DNA of 64,000 nucleotides from Haplodiscus bocki (Eukaryota): NCBI GenBank assembly GCA_965655095.1, contig OZ296653.1, positions 16,120,001 to 16,184,000 of the forward strand, read 5' to 3'. Shown piece by piece: positions 48,301 to 61,652 of this stretch (position 1 is its first letter; each line of letters starts with the position of its first letter). The notes under the pieces were generated by a model. It saw only the letters and a program-made list of their open reading frames with translations, ran no database searches and was not told where the DNA came from. The position numbers and the translations under genes were made by a program.

Positions 48301-51300
48301 AAAAATTTAGGCGAGATTCAAAGCTAAATAGTTCTAATTGAAAATTTTTCTGTATCATTTGTAGGTAATGAGATTATCAAGAAAACCTCAAAGTTGACCA
48401 AAAATGGCCAAAATCAGGGTAGTCATGACTTTTTAACGAGCGCTCGAATTTTGAAACAAAAGATACACCAATAAAATCTTATGAAAAATCTAAGAAACTT
48501 TTCCTCTAACTGTTTTCTCGCGAAATTGATATGCTTCAAAATATTGGTCTCCAAACTTGCTTAATTTTTGTTGAGTTTACTCAATTGAAATCAGTACCTG
48601 TCACGGTGCGTCACTCGAAAAGTTGATCGAAAATCATGTCTTTTTATGTTACACCATTTTGCAGCCCAATGTTCCAGAGATTCGAATAGCAAACAATGCA
48701 AAAATGAATCAATATAGTGCGTGAACCAAAAAAACGCACTACCGAAAAAAAATCAACTGACAAAACAACGTAAAATTAAACATCTTCAAAAGAGCATCAT
48801 TAGTTGCATTTCGGACGAAGTGACAGCAAATTGACAGGTTTTTCTTTCCAATAAAAATAATCAGCACCCCTCCGGTTACAAAGGTCAATTCGATGTTTCA
48901 AACCTTCAATAGGTGCTTTTTCGATAACATGGGCGATCGATAACCGTGAAAACTCCGAATGAATTTTCCACCGTAATTCGAGCAAGTTTGCGGGTCTGTA
49001 CGGGTTAACGATTTTTAATATAGTACCAAAAGAAAAATCTATAGGGCAACGATGCGGTGACAGTGAGGGCCAGTCCAAAAAATAACCCTTGCAACGGGAG
49101 GCCTTGCGAATTTTTTTCTGAAACCATATGTCAAACCATTGAACAGTATATAGGCCGGATGGGGGCTGGGACCGCCTTAGAAACAAATATCGGGGATCGA
49201 AACTTTTGGCACAAAAATTCACAAAAAAGAGGGTCAAAATAGCTATATTTTTGCATAGTACCGCGTTTTCGATACTGTAGAGCCTGAAAACTTGATTATT
49301 AACAAGTGCTGCCTATAAAATGACTCTGTCAATGAAATGAGGGATCAACTTCGTAATGTCGCCTTGGGTGTGGTGTGGAATTGAGTCCCATTTTTGGTAA
49401 GTTCTGATAAATTCATGTAAAAAGACGTCCAAAGGAAATGCAACTTCATCCGAAAAATACTTGTCGTGGATCCAACGACTCATTGACAAATTTTTTGAAG
49501 AATATTATTCGGAAAGACACGCCTTTCGATTTATTTGTTGTTGATTAAGAAAATTCAACCGTGGTAGCTCTGGACACAGAGGCCAATGCAGCTCTGGTGA
49601 TCATCCAACCATGCCAAAGAAGTATGATAGAAGACAAAACGACGTTAACGGAAACCAATTGGGGTCCGCGTCCGGCATGGAAGGACACTAGGCTTTTCGG
49701 GTCGTTATTAAACGAAATCCTCGCTCGTCAAATGAGAAACAGAGTAAAGATGGGGAACAGGAACATCAGAAGAAACTGGAAAACAGCAGGTAGTATGCGA
49801 GGAGTTAGATCGCCTAAATACGGACATCATGGGACTGCGTTAAACCTTCCTAGATGGAGCTGACTGCATACTCAGATCGACGAAACATTCCACCCAAAAA
49901 TACCGACTAGTAACTTCCTCAACTAATCAACAGAACCGAAAAGGGGTAGGTTTCCTAGTGGACACCCGTCTGTATATTGAAAATATCCCTCAATGGAGAA
50001 TGAACATCTTAGTTGACTGCCAATGAATGATGGAGAATTCAGAACAATCATCGTTGAAGTGTAATTACCTCACATTGCGAAAGCAGAAACAGAGGTACAT
50101 GAAACCTATGAACAAATAGACCAATTCCTTCGTCATCTGAAATGTCACGTCCAAACCCAACTGCTTATTATGGGCAAGTTTATTAGCTGAATTGGGTCTT
50201 GAAAGAAAAGAATCTGTGAAGTTTTGGCGGAAAAGAAATGAAAAGGAATGGCGAGGTAACTTCCGACTTTTGCAAGGAGAATTAGCTAATGTTAAAGAAC
50301 AGTTTCAAAAGTGCTAAGAACAAAAAAATTGAGCTGAAAGTCAAATGACGGCAAGTTTGATAGATTAAATAGGCATTAACAAGAATTACAGTGAAAATAT
50401 CACGAAATGTAAAATTCATAAAATTGAAATACAATTTGACCAACATCCTGTTGTCTGCGTACTCAAAAAAAGGCAACCTAAGCTAACTCCGAATCCACAG
50501 AAAAGGAAGAGTATTGGCTGGATAGTAAGTCCAGAGATAGTGGAAAACTTTCCGAAATATCTGGATGAAACATACAGAAATGGGGAACATTCGTGGAAGT
50601 TTCTGGAAACTTCTTTGAAAGCGTCCGTCAAAAGTCTATCAATCAAGGAAGACAAGCGAAAACACCAGCATTGGATAACTGAAGAACTTTCAGCGTTAAT
50701 GGAACGAAGAAGAAAATGCTCGGATCAAATGAAGAAAGAAAATTAACCAGTGAAAGAAGTGTCGCAATGAAAAAGCGAAAAACGAAAGTTCCAAATAACC
50801 AAGAACCTAGAAAAACTTCAAAGACTTGAGAGCCATGCACAACGAAGTAACAAAGCTTGCACCAAAGAAAAGCTACCGTGGTAGAAAGGGCCTCCTTGAC
50901 AAATTGGGGTATCTCAAATTCGAGCCCGCAGCAAAAAAAAAGGTTATGGAAAAATACCTCGGTGAGCTCTACGGCAGCACGTATTGCCGGCCTACTGAAT
51001 TACAAGTTCCCCAAGACAGCCAACTACTACATCCCTGACAACAAATTCGAAGATGCTATCAAAGAACCGAAGAATCATAAGGCACCAGGCGTTGACGAAA
51101 TTCCCATTGAGCTTTCCAAAGAAGCGCCAAAAAAAGTCGTGGAGGATCTCCGTGTTAAAATTGCGGAAACGATGGAAATAGGTGAGTTCCTCAGGCTTGG
51201 CTGAATACCATTTTCGTCGATCTTCGAAGAAAATGAACGCGAGAAGCGAAGACTTCCAACTGATTGGAAAGATCCCGCACGCCATGAAATTTTTTTGCAA

Positions 51301-54300
51301 GCTTCTGTACAAAATTAGCACTCAGCTGAATGAAAAATTGCATCCCCTGCAAATGGCTTTCGGCCGCAAGTCGGCATACCATAGAGGGCATCAGAGCCTT
51401 AAAGTTGCTACGGGCAGTACGGATAAAATGACAAACGCCAACCTATTTATGCTTTATGACTTCGCAAAAGCTTTTGACAGAGTGGAACATGAGAAACTGA
51501 TAAAAACACTTGAGAAGCGCGGTGTTATCCCCAAGTTTATCCATCTTATTATCGGAACACACAACATGCAAGTCCGGATTCATGAAGCAAGATGAAGGGA
51601 AACAGCTACCAATTAAATTTCCAAGCGGAATCAGACAAGGTTTTAATATCACCCATTCCATTGAATACATATGGTGACGCGGATTTCAAAGAAAGTGAAC
51701 AAATGCCAGGCGTTGATTGTGGAGAAATTATATATCACATTAATCTACTCTCACTGCTTGAGAAGCTGAATCTCAAAAAAGGCAGAGGGTGCAAAAGACG
51801 ATCGTGGATGGACAACATGAAAGTCGTCACTGGAAAGATAATGGCCGAAAACCTGAGATTATGCAAAGATAGGAAGGAATGAAACAAAATGCTGAAGAAG
51901 TACAAACTCCTCAAAGAATGCCGCAAGGAGCCGGACAGCTGATGCCGAAGAGGCGTGAAAGGATGACACCCAACAATCGGTTTTCGGTCTGGGACAGACT
52001 AGAACAGACTCATAAAATTCAAATATTCGTTTTCTGACCACATGTACGAAATTCTAATTTTTATTGCTCCGCAAAAAGTTGTTTTTGCCATAATCATAAT
52101 ATACCTTCGGCCAGATTGAAGAAGCTGCTCACGCAGAGAATGTTTTACAATTGATAGGGAATTTCGTCTGTAGATAATTTTTTCCAAGCATTTATCCACT
52201 ATTTTGGTTTTATTACGGAGCCAGTTTCATGGAATCTGTTCCATGTCTTAAAATTGTATTTATAGACACTGCCGCGTTGAAAATACGGCATACTATTTCT
52301 CGAACATCAATCACAAAAAAAACCCGAAAAATGTTACGAATTACATTTTCGCATAATATATACTATTTATACGTTCAATATTATTTATACGATAATTATT
52401 TTGAAGTTCAATATCACTCAAATCTGTAAATTACCGTCTGTTGGTGACGATTGTTTACAAGCCCTAAATGCGTTTTGTCCGAAAATTTCATGAAATATGC
52501 TTTTGTTCGCTCAAGGAACAAAGGTAGTTCGTATTTTTTGGTCCACCGAGATCTACCGACACTGTCTAATTTGTAAAATATTGATATGTCAAAAATGACA
52601 TTTTAGGACGTTTCAAGATGCTGCTGTACATTTTGCAGACCAATATTTAAAAAGCTAGCGTTTTTGAACGCAAAAATTAACAAATGTCTGCCAAAAATCT
52701 CAGATGAGGCCCGTTTTGACTGTTCACACTAAATGAATAGACAGCCTGTTGACGTTTAAAATGCAAGTTTTGAACAAGATAACACAGACAAACGCAGCTT
52801 CGCAGCACATTCTGACTTGTCAGTTGAGATAACGGATCCCCAAAGACATTTGAAACAATGATCGGAGATGTGATTGGCACTTATAAAAATACCACACCAG
52901 CTGTCAATCAAAGTTTGTCCCAAAAAAAACAAATTGAGACAATTACCGGTCACAGGGTCATATTTTTTCAGGCCACGCTATTTTGCTGCCCAATGTCTAT
53001 TAAGAAGTCAGCACAGTCAAAAAATTGCGAAACGTACTTGCCACACTGCCTCATTCAAAAAATAGATATGTCAGTCATGACTTTTCAGGTTCCGCCATTT
53101 TGCTGCCTAGTGTTTAAAAATTTTGCACAGCAAACAACGCGAAAATGAACAAGTACCTGTCAAAAAGAAGCGTTTTTGATTACTTACACTAGATGACTAG
53201 ACGGCTTTCGCTCGAATAAATTAACGAATGAAAGAAACCAATAATGAAAGAGCCATGCATAAACACAATACCAAAATTATGAAAATCTTCGCTCTAGCTA
53301 AATCAACTTAAAGTATTGCTTACTCGTTGCACGATATTGTCTAGATCTCCTTGGCACTGCCTGAGAACCAAGTGCAGGTCTCCAGGCCCAGTCCCGTACA
53401 CAATCTGACCGCTCATCATTTCTCCGATGGGCGGCAACTTCAAAGGCGGTAAATCACGTGATTGTTGGAACGAAGCGGTCGGAGGGGAATGCGAGGATCC
53501 CACGCCTCCGGATGGTGAAGCACCAGCAGGTGATACAGCCGACCCAAACTGCTGTTTTGATATCATCTGATTCAGAAGTACCTTCATGTGGTTATTTACA
53601 TTCATCGTCTCATTCCTCTCGGTCATCGCTTTCAAGTGAACTGAGTATCGTCTTGACTGAACGTTGGATCCAGATTCACTCACGATTGTGATGGAAGTCG
53701 ACGGCAGAGTGCATATTGTTTGGAACTGCTGGTTCAAGTCTTCAATCAGCGCTTCAGTTAAGGGCGCATTTTTGTGCTTGCTTGCGTCATATTCCACGCC
53801 ATGAAGGTCGCATTTCACAAGCTCACCGCTGATGCCTTTCACAAAATCGACCGCAAGCTCACACAGACTGTTTTGGGTCATGTCAAAAGTTTCACCGAAG
53901 TCAATGTTCTCCAAAGAAACCTGAAATGAAAAAATGCACTCATGATCTAAATCTAAGGAGTGCCTGAAAATTTTGGTACCTGAACAGTTTGAACACTTCG
54001 TACTTTTACGTTGTGAAAAAAAACGAAAACAACTACGATAGCCCGGCACTTTTCTTTTGAAAGGAGCCGATTAAAAATAGCTAAGAACTGACTGATAATT
54101 TTTGAGAAAAACAGCCATCAAGGCTGCCAGGCATTAAGCGCTAACTTATCATAGTCAGAAAATGCAATAGAGCGAATTTCATGAAGATTGACTAATTATT
54201 TTGAAAAGCAGAAATTAAGATTCAAGTGAATTTGACAAATTTCAGAGAATATAGAATCAATTACTACTTGGAAGCGATGAGTCAATAGTGACGATCACTC

Positions 54301-57300
54301 GAGATCACACGATCACAACAGTGGGAGAAAGTACTCAGCCTATCACGATTCCGATGCATTTAAAAGAACCTGACATTTTAAAGCAGAATTCCCTGGAAAA
54401 TGTACAAACTGTCAATTGAGACCTTGACGGAAATCAAGCCGGTTTTGGAAAAAACTGAAAATCAAAAACATAAATTATCACACTTTTGACATTATGGCCC
54501 TATCAGGGTCCCAATTCGGTGAAAAAGCAAAGTATTTACAAGAAAAAACTTTCAGCAAACTATCAGCTGTCGATTGAGGTTTCGGTGGATGGAATCCGAT
54601 TCAACATATTCGAAAACATTGAGTTTGAACAAATAGAAAGAACTTTAAAACTGGGACTTTTTGAGTTTTGGCCTATCAAAATTCGATTCATAGAATTATT
54701 CCGGAAAATTTTCTTTTGATTTATTTTTTGAACTTACAAGTTTTTCAATTGAGGATTTGATGGAAGCGAGTTAGCAGAATTGGAGAAACCTCAGTTTGAA
54801 AAACGAGAAAACTAATTGCATTTTTTGACATTTTGCCTTTGAGAATTCTGATGCAATGAAGAAAACCAACTTCTACAAGTTCAAACTGTCGATTAGGACA
54901 TTGACATAAATGAAGCCGATAATTTGGGAGGAAAGTGGGCTTGCAGATCGGGAAAGTGAATACTAATGAAACTAAATACTCATGGCATTTTCGGTCATAG
55001 AATTCCGATTCAATGAACAAAATTTCAGATTTTACTGTTGAACGGCTTATTGCAAGTTGAAAACTGTCGATTAAGACATCGATAGACGGACTAAAGACGG
55101 TCAATTTGGACAAAAATTGAGGTGACAATAGAGAATAGTCAATAGTAGCTTAGGTCCAATGATTGGCACTTGTTCAGCCCCTCAGGATTCCAAGGCAATA
55201 AATGATCAAACCTTGCATTTTTGTATTGAATTGCCCCTTCAGGAAAATTTTCGTTTACAAATGATCCCCTTCACCAAATTTTCCCAAGCAAGGATAACCT
55301 ACTTTCAACAATACAAATTGTTTTGCAAGCATCAATACCCTTTTGTCTCTTCTACAACTCTCACCTTTGGTCTACAATTTTCAGCTTTAAGATTTTCTAA
55401 AAATAACTTTACCCACGTTCGTTGTATCGAAAGTTTTTTCCGGGCATTTTTCAAAGAAGCCATTTCAAGCTTTTCCATCATACTGTAAACATCGCTTGTG
55501 AATGGAATGCACAAAAAGTATCTTATATCACTAGTCGTCAGCAATCGTTACATGTCATTTCGTCCTACGCCATTTCAACCGCTGCAATTTTACCCGTTTG
55601 CACTTTCGGCCGCTTGCCTTTTCAACCGCTGCAATTTTAAAGGTTTACACTTTCAACCGCTTGCCTTTTCAATCGCTTGCAAATTCAACCGCCGCAATTT
55701 CGGGCTATTTAATTAAGTTCAAGGTTATTCAATTTTTTCAAGACGTTCGAAAACAATTAAAGTAATTAAAGAATCAATTGGACGTCATCAATGAAACAGT
55801 CTTACGTAAGCTCCAAAGGTCATATTGGACAAACTACCACATATACCAAACTTGCATATGAAGTTTTCGAACTTCACCAGACAGAAATCACATGCAATTT
55901 GCATCTCACTAGGACAACAAACTTGAAGGGACTTTGATTTCTTGTCACCGGCTTTGAACATTTTTCTAAAGGGTTAGCCAGCCCGTAGTCCAAATGTACT
56001 TCCGATCTCACAACAGACAGTGTCTCTTGGATTAAACTGTACAGCCAGTCAAGTTAATGTCCTGAGACTCACTGCGGGAAGCTGCAAGGAGGCGTCACGA
56101 CAAAAAAAATCAAATATCCCTTCAACTTGAAATGTTTTTCTGCAAAAAAACCAAAAAAAACTAAAAATTATTCAGAAGACAAAAAAAAGAATAATTACAG
56201 CAAATCACAAGAGACACATTTCTAAATTTTGGAAACTTTCTAAATTTTGCTATTGATCTAGGATATGGCACAGCATTTTCGAACTCATAAGTGCTTCGGA
56301 TAATTTCCATCTGTTTTTTTTTAATTTTTTCTTAACGGGGACGCTTGGAGCACAATAACCCGGCAGTTTCTTCAATTTTCGGACCTCAATAACCAACTCA
56401 CAAGATGCCTTTACATGGGCGGGCGGAAACTGTGCCAGAGCAGGTAACCTTCGAAACGCCAAGTTAAACTCGGCGAATTTTTCGTAAGTTTTCAATTCGA
56501 TTTCACTGATTTTGCGGTTAAAAGATTGCCTCAGGTTGAAATAACAGCACGAGATTTCTGCGTGAGAGAAGTTTTTGCTGAAAGCACTCAATGCCGCCTT
56601 TTTGAAGTCTGGCAGTATTGTGCGTGGGTTGGGGTTCGCTTCTTCACTCAGCAATTCAATCATTACATTATAGGTTTTTTCTGTTTTGTTCGGTAACAGT
56701 ACATATACACAAGGTGTAGCAAAACCGTGCAACTCTACATGGATTGTGTAAACTTGATAGACCCTTTCTGGTGGTCATACAGTGCGATTTTCCGTCTCGG
56801 TTTGATTCTATAATTTGAGCTTGCATTTTGGAACGTCTGATAGGTGCTGCTACTGTAATACTGAGTGGCTTAAAATTTTCACACAATTTGGATTAGGAGT
56901 AGGTGCGAACTGTGTTAGTTTCCTTTTATCGGTGAGTTAATTGCTGCATCCGGTAACTTACGACGCTTTTATAATCAAACCTTACTTTGAATTTTACGTT
57001 TAAAAAGGATTAATTTTAATTACACTTAGCTCCTGTAATTAATTCATTACCCGGTATTTGAAGCGGTTAAAATTGCAGCAGTTGAATTTGCAGCGGTTGA
57101 AATGGCATAGGACGAAATGTCCTGACACCGTCAGCAATGAATAATGAAAGTATTTATAGTTTAAACAAAGCATTGCTAACCACATTGGTCATTGGGGAGA
57201 TGCCCATGACAACACATCTGGCCCATTCTCCCTCGTCCTGCACGTATGCTGCACACAAGTCCCCTGAAACCACAAACAACACACTTAAATTTTATCTTTA

Positions 57301-60082
57301 AGGGAAACGATGTGATACCCTATAGTCGAAGAATGTTGAAGTTTAAATGATATCTCCGCTTTACATTCGAAATTCATCGATAGACCAACGAATGCGTCCC
57401 TACTATTAGACACAACCAAACGTGATGAATGACTTGAGAATTTTCCACCAAGTTTTCCACAATCACATCTCTTACGAGTGCGCCATGGTTCTTGATCGTC
57501 GCTTCACACTTTTTATCTAATGCTAAAATGTCCAAAATCTTTAGGAAAATTTTATCGTGTCACTTTGAACGGACTGCATAGAGTCGCTGTGGTCTAAAAA
57601 GTAGGACAAAAGGCTTTTGAGTGAAAAAGGGGGGTGGGGGGTCGCCACCAGACTAGTCCAAAAAAATTCGAGAAAACGGCCCATTCTTTGTACTTTTGTA
57701 ATACCTTCTTTTCAACCCCAAAAATTTATATGAAATCCCCTCATATATTTTAAGCCTCACGCGCAGAGCCGACCTGAGCGTTCCAGGCAAGTTGCCCTTT
57801 GTCAGGCCACCCGTTCTAATTACTATAAATCACTAACACAAATTCAATCAAGACTGAGATTATCTTATGACAGGTATAATTGTCATTTCACTTTCCAGGA
57901 ATATTTAGACGAGATGTTAACTGGGGAACTCAATCAAGTCTAGTTTGTTCACAAAGTAACAGCTTTCCAGGAAAACAATACATAGGCATTGTATCTTTCT
58001 AGAGTACTCTAAAGATGGACTATGTACATGCCGAAATTGATCCAACCATTTGGTTTGATGATACTTCAATTCTTAATCCTAAAACTAACCCGACTGCAGA
58101 GGCGGAGGACCCACTCTGAATTCAGCTTGTCTCGTGCTATAGAAATTGATCATGTTCTGCTGCAACAGTTTGAAGTTCTTTTCATTCACTTTAAGCTGCA
58201 CTCCGAAGCTGTTGAAACTAGTCAGAGATACGACCGACACTTGGTACTCGGTGCCTATAATCAAATTGGGAGTGGCCAAGGAGAATATGTTGGGTCTGCC
58301 TGCCCTCTGTGGTTGCTTTGGCGGCTGCTGTGACCCTCCTTGGCCATGGGCGTCAGGTGATCGCTGGGAAGACTTGGACGAGATCAAACTTGGCGCGGCT
58401 AATTCCGGTTCTGGTCTTCCTTGTTGCATTATGCCGATTTGGTATCTCATTCTAGTCATGTTGCCTTCTACTATTAGAACTCTAAATGAAAAAAATCCAA
58501 GTTATTTTAGAATTACATGGACGTATTCGTCTCAGGAAGATTTTGTGAACATTGCCCGTTATCCGATCAACAACGACGATGATAAAGCGATGATAAAGAA
58601 CGTTTTGTTTCTGTCCATTTTTTGTTGAAATTATTCCACAGTGTACAGACACATGGCGTGACGTCACTTTATTAAACATTTGCGAATTTCAATTTCTATT
58701 TTAAATCTAAGTGAATACATAAAATCTCCGTTTAAGTCCTCTGTTTGAGTCACAAAGTTTCTCACTTGAATTTCACATCTGTTTCAATGGGCACTTGCGC
58801 TGTGAACGCTTTTGCTTCGTGGTCGGAGAACTCGTTGCTGCTTCGTCTGAGGTCGATTGAAGCCTCAAAAGCCATTTGCGGGACTTCCAAATACTTGGGC
58901 AGCACTTGATGCACTTGGCTAATGTGCACATCGTCTACGTTTCCATAATCACAAAAGAACACCTAAAAGGCACACAACACAACAGTCAAATGATTTGAAA
59001 TAATAACAGATATTTTTCCAAGAATTGTATTGCAATGTGTCTTCAATTGAGCTTCGCAATTGTTGTAGTATGGGACAGGTCCCGATTTCATGAGCTGTCT
59101 TAGATCTATTGATCATTCGCCGTCGCCTATTATGAACCACTTATGATTAAGAGCACTTAAGAGTTAAATTGAGCTTAAAGTTTGCACGAAATAAGGCTTA
59201 AAATTTGGCTATGTCAGAGATATTCTCGTTTCTTGAACCAGACATTGAACCAAAAATAAAACTGCTGCACCATTTTTACAATTTTAGAAAAATAATTTTA
59301 AGCTAATAGAGTTCATGATAGGAAAAATTAACGAAGGTTTCAATTTGATTTATTTTGTAAACACCAAGAACGCCGAAGCCACTCGTAAGAACGAAACTTT
59401 ATGACTTTTGTTAATCTGCACGAAGTTTTCCACCACTCAGAATGCTAAATTTTATGGCTCGAGGAGCGGTCAGACATTTTGCAGTTTCTTGATAAGCTTT
59501 CTCATATATTTATACTCCAGATTTTTTCGAGAAGGGATGGTCTGCAGCATTTCAACCTTCGACAAAAATGTGACGCAAAGAAAATGAAATTACGGAATGA
59601 AATTGGAATATGATTTGAATCAGATAACAACAGTCGGATATGAGGATGTGAAACCTGAACAAAAATGTCGGTTGAATTTTCGTGGCGTGTCATTCCCAAT
59701 ACGACTCCTCTGTATGGTTCGTTGTCTTCAGGGTACTTAGCGACAATTGCATCCCCTATTTGAGGCATTGTGTTTATTGGTGGTGCGTGCTGGTACACTG
59801 TCTTCAATTCACTCATCAAATCGCTCAATCTACCCAAAGATTCAGTCAACTGAATGTAAAACTCGCCTGCAAACAAACAAAAACCCATCTGATATCCAAT
59901 ACTCAGATACCAAAAATGGTTGTGAAATGTTATTATTATTAAAGCTTAGTTGAGATGATACGATTTGACAATTTTATATCTTTTGAAATCTTGTGATATT
60001 TCTCAATTCGTGAAAATCAGGCAGTAGAATTACTTATGCATGAAATTACATCAGAAACGTTCATCTGAAGCACTTCCATGAG
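36378..60082 (-). CDS. Giant multi-Tudor-domain protein (Tudor/TDRD6/TDRD15-like germ-granule/piRNA scaffold), ~4,100 aa; exons 60082-60034 (tentative), 59866-59655, 58962-58766, 58481-58090, 57263-57181, 53920-53324, 47171-36378
   Basis: About 18 extended-Tudor cores (WYRA.V...FVD(Y/F/W)GN and variants); all listed introns are GT-AG with matching phases and join split Tudor domains (DIFVQ|VFFCDYGN; MTNV|VSLENIDFG); 5' end uncertain. Confidence 0.9.
45560..46560 (-). repeat. Coding low-complexity RG/FG-rich tandem repeats within the Tudor exon
   Basis: DRGFGNRD/KGFG/EGFGNRE/KRFG heptad-octad repeats. Confidence 0.9.
48800..49240 (-). mobile_element. Tc1/mariner transposase relic (intronic)
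   Basis: WPSLSPHRCPIDFSF resembles the WPxxSPDLxPxD motif; downstream RIDLC..RG..F. Confidence 0.55.
49740..51900 (+). mobile_element. Degenerate non-LTR retrotransposon (LINE; endonuclease plus RT fragments), antisense in the Tudor intron
   Basis: Fragments KAPGVDEIPIE, DFAKAFDRVEH, GIRQG (in another frame), WITEE; many stops and frameshifts. Confidence 0.8.
55546..57129 (-). mobile_element. Mutator-like (MULE) DNA transposon, internally deleted, intronic
   Basis: TIRs (CATTTCGTCCTA.GCCATTTCAACCGCTGCAA), 9-bp TSD GTCAGCAAT at 55537-55545 and 57130-57138; transposase relic PCVYVLLPNKTEKTY..DFKKAAL..CYFNLRQS at 56250-56732. Confidence 0.88.
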
Positions 60083-61022
60083 CTAGTTGAATTTACTGGT
60101 GTCAATGAATTCCTTTTCTCATTTGCTAGATAGTATTAAATACTAATGAGTTCAGTCAATTGTCCCAGATTTTTTTCCCAAAACATTTGAGCAAACAATG
60201 CCCCCCCCCCCCCGAAAAAAAAAAACAATAAACAGTTGTGGTCTTTTATCGTTTTATCCTTTATGGTCTGTGGTCTGTTCAATAACTTTTTAGGGGTCAC
60301 CACTTCGTCGGACAGTTATGATTAATATTCGGGTAATTTCGCAAAAAACTGTTTAAGAAATTGTGATTGGTTCAGATCTTAGAAGAAAATGAAGTAATTC
60401 AATTACCCGGTCCAGCCGAAAACGAGATCCTTCCCATGAGCTCACCCCCTTGGGGTAGCATTATTGGATTGTAAGACCTTGGATTTGACATCTCCCGCGC
60501 TACATATCACGTCTAAAAACATTATCCTTGCTTCATTGTTGTCACAGGTAAGACTCAGGATAATGGGTGGTAGGCCGAAAATTGACGACGGACAATCAAA
60601 ATAAATATTTTCGGAGCCAATGTTTGGCTTGTTAGGAAACAGCATGCCTCCAATTTATTGGCGAGCGCTAACCGAAAAAGAAATTTGATTACAATGAACC
60701 TTGCAAATGACAACGGCACTCAGCAATAACAACGAATGGCTTTCAAGAAAAGACGGAACTTTTTGTTTATTTTCATTTTGCACATTAGTGGTCAATCTAT
60801 ACTAAGACCATTTAAATTATCCCAACCAAATTAAATGGAAATCGAATGTCCATGTTTATGTTCAGAAAGAAACTCAGAACAGCATTTAGAAGAGTTAACC
60901 GCAGAACATTCACAACCCCTATATTAGTCGAAACAGATTACATATTAGTCGAAACAGATTACACGTCACTCTCAATCAAATACTTCGACATTAATTGAAA
61001 CCATATTTTTTTGCGGTTTGGA

Positions 61023-61033
61023 ATATATAAAAG
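61023..61033 (+). promoter_or_regulatory. Candidate TATA box of the ShKT gene
   Basis: ATATATAAAAG about 90 bp upstream of ATG 61119. Confidence 0.4.
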
Positions 61034-61118
61034 GAACTCAGTTAGGGTGTCATCTTAAACTTTGCTAATTATTTATTCAACTTGGACTGGGATATACGTC
61101 AAAACTACAATTCCACAA

Positions 61119-61652
61119 ATGTTCTCATCTAAGCTTTTTGCGATGATTCTCTCAGTTTCTTGTCTGATGATGTGCAATTGTCAAATTCCTCAACCAGGGT
61201 TTGGCAATGAAGGCTTTGGAGCTGCCAACTGGGGTGAACATTATCAGAACAACCAAGCATGGGGTGGTCAAATGCCAGGCGCGAGCGAACAGGAAAGACA
61301 GAACTACATGGGAATGGGAGGGTACCCTCAACAACCAATGAGCGGTGAGCATATGAATATGGGAGCTATTCCCCAAGGAATGCCTGCAGGTGGACCGATT
61401 CCAACTATGCAAGGTCCTCCCCAAGCTATGTTCCAACAAGTTCAATCCATGTTTCAGCAGCGTCTAGCAGCAGGTCAGTGCATGGACAACCCAATGTTTG
61501 CAGACCAATGTGAAATGTACGCTGGCATGGGTTACTGTACTCCAGCATACTCGCATGCTAACGGACAAAATCCACAGGTTCAACAGCAACTGCAGTGGAT
61601 TTATGAGAACTGCCCCGAAAGCTGTGGCTTGTGCATTGAAGCAGAAGTTTGA
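61119..61652 (+). CDS. Secreted protein with Q/G/M/P-rich region and C-terminal ShKT domain
   Basis: Signal peptide MFSSKLFAMILSVSCLMMCNC; six-Cys CMD..QC..GYC...NCPESCGLC; intronless. Confidence 0.85.
   Translation: MFSSKLFAMILSVSCLMMCNCQIPQPGFGNEGFGAANWGEHYQNNQAWGGQMPGASEQERQNYMGMGGYPQQPMSGEHMNMGAIPQGMPAGGPIPTMQGPPQAMFQQVQSMFQQRLAAGQCMDNPMFADQCEMYAGMGYCTPAYSHANGQNPQVQQQLQWIYENCPESCGLCIEAEV

Noticed and set aside
60442-60645. ORF as first coding exon of the Tudor gene
   Set aside because: Its GTGAGC donor is not phase-compatible with the next candidate exon in an open frame; may be a UTR exon, unresolved
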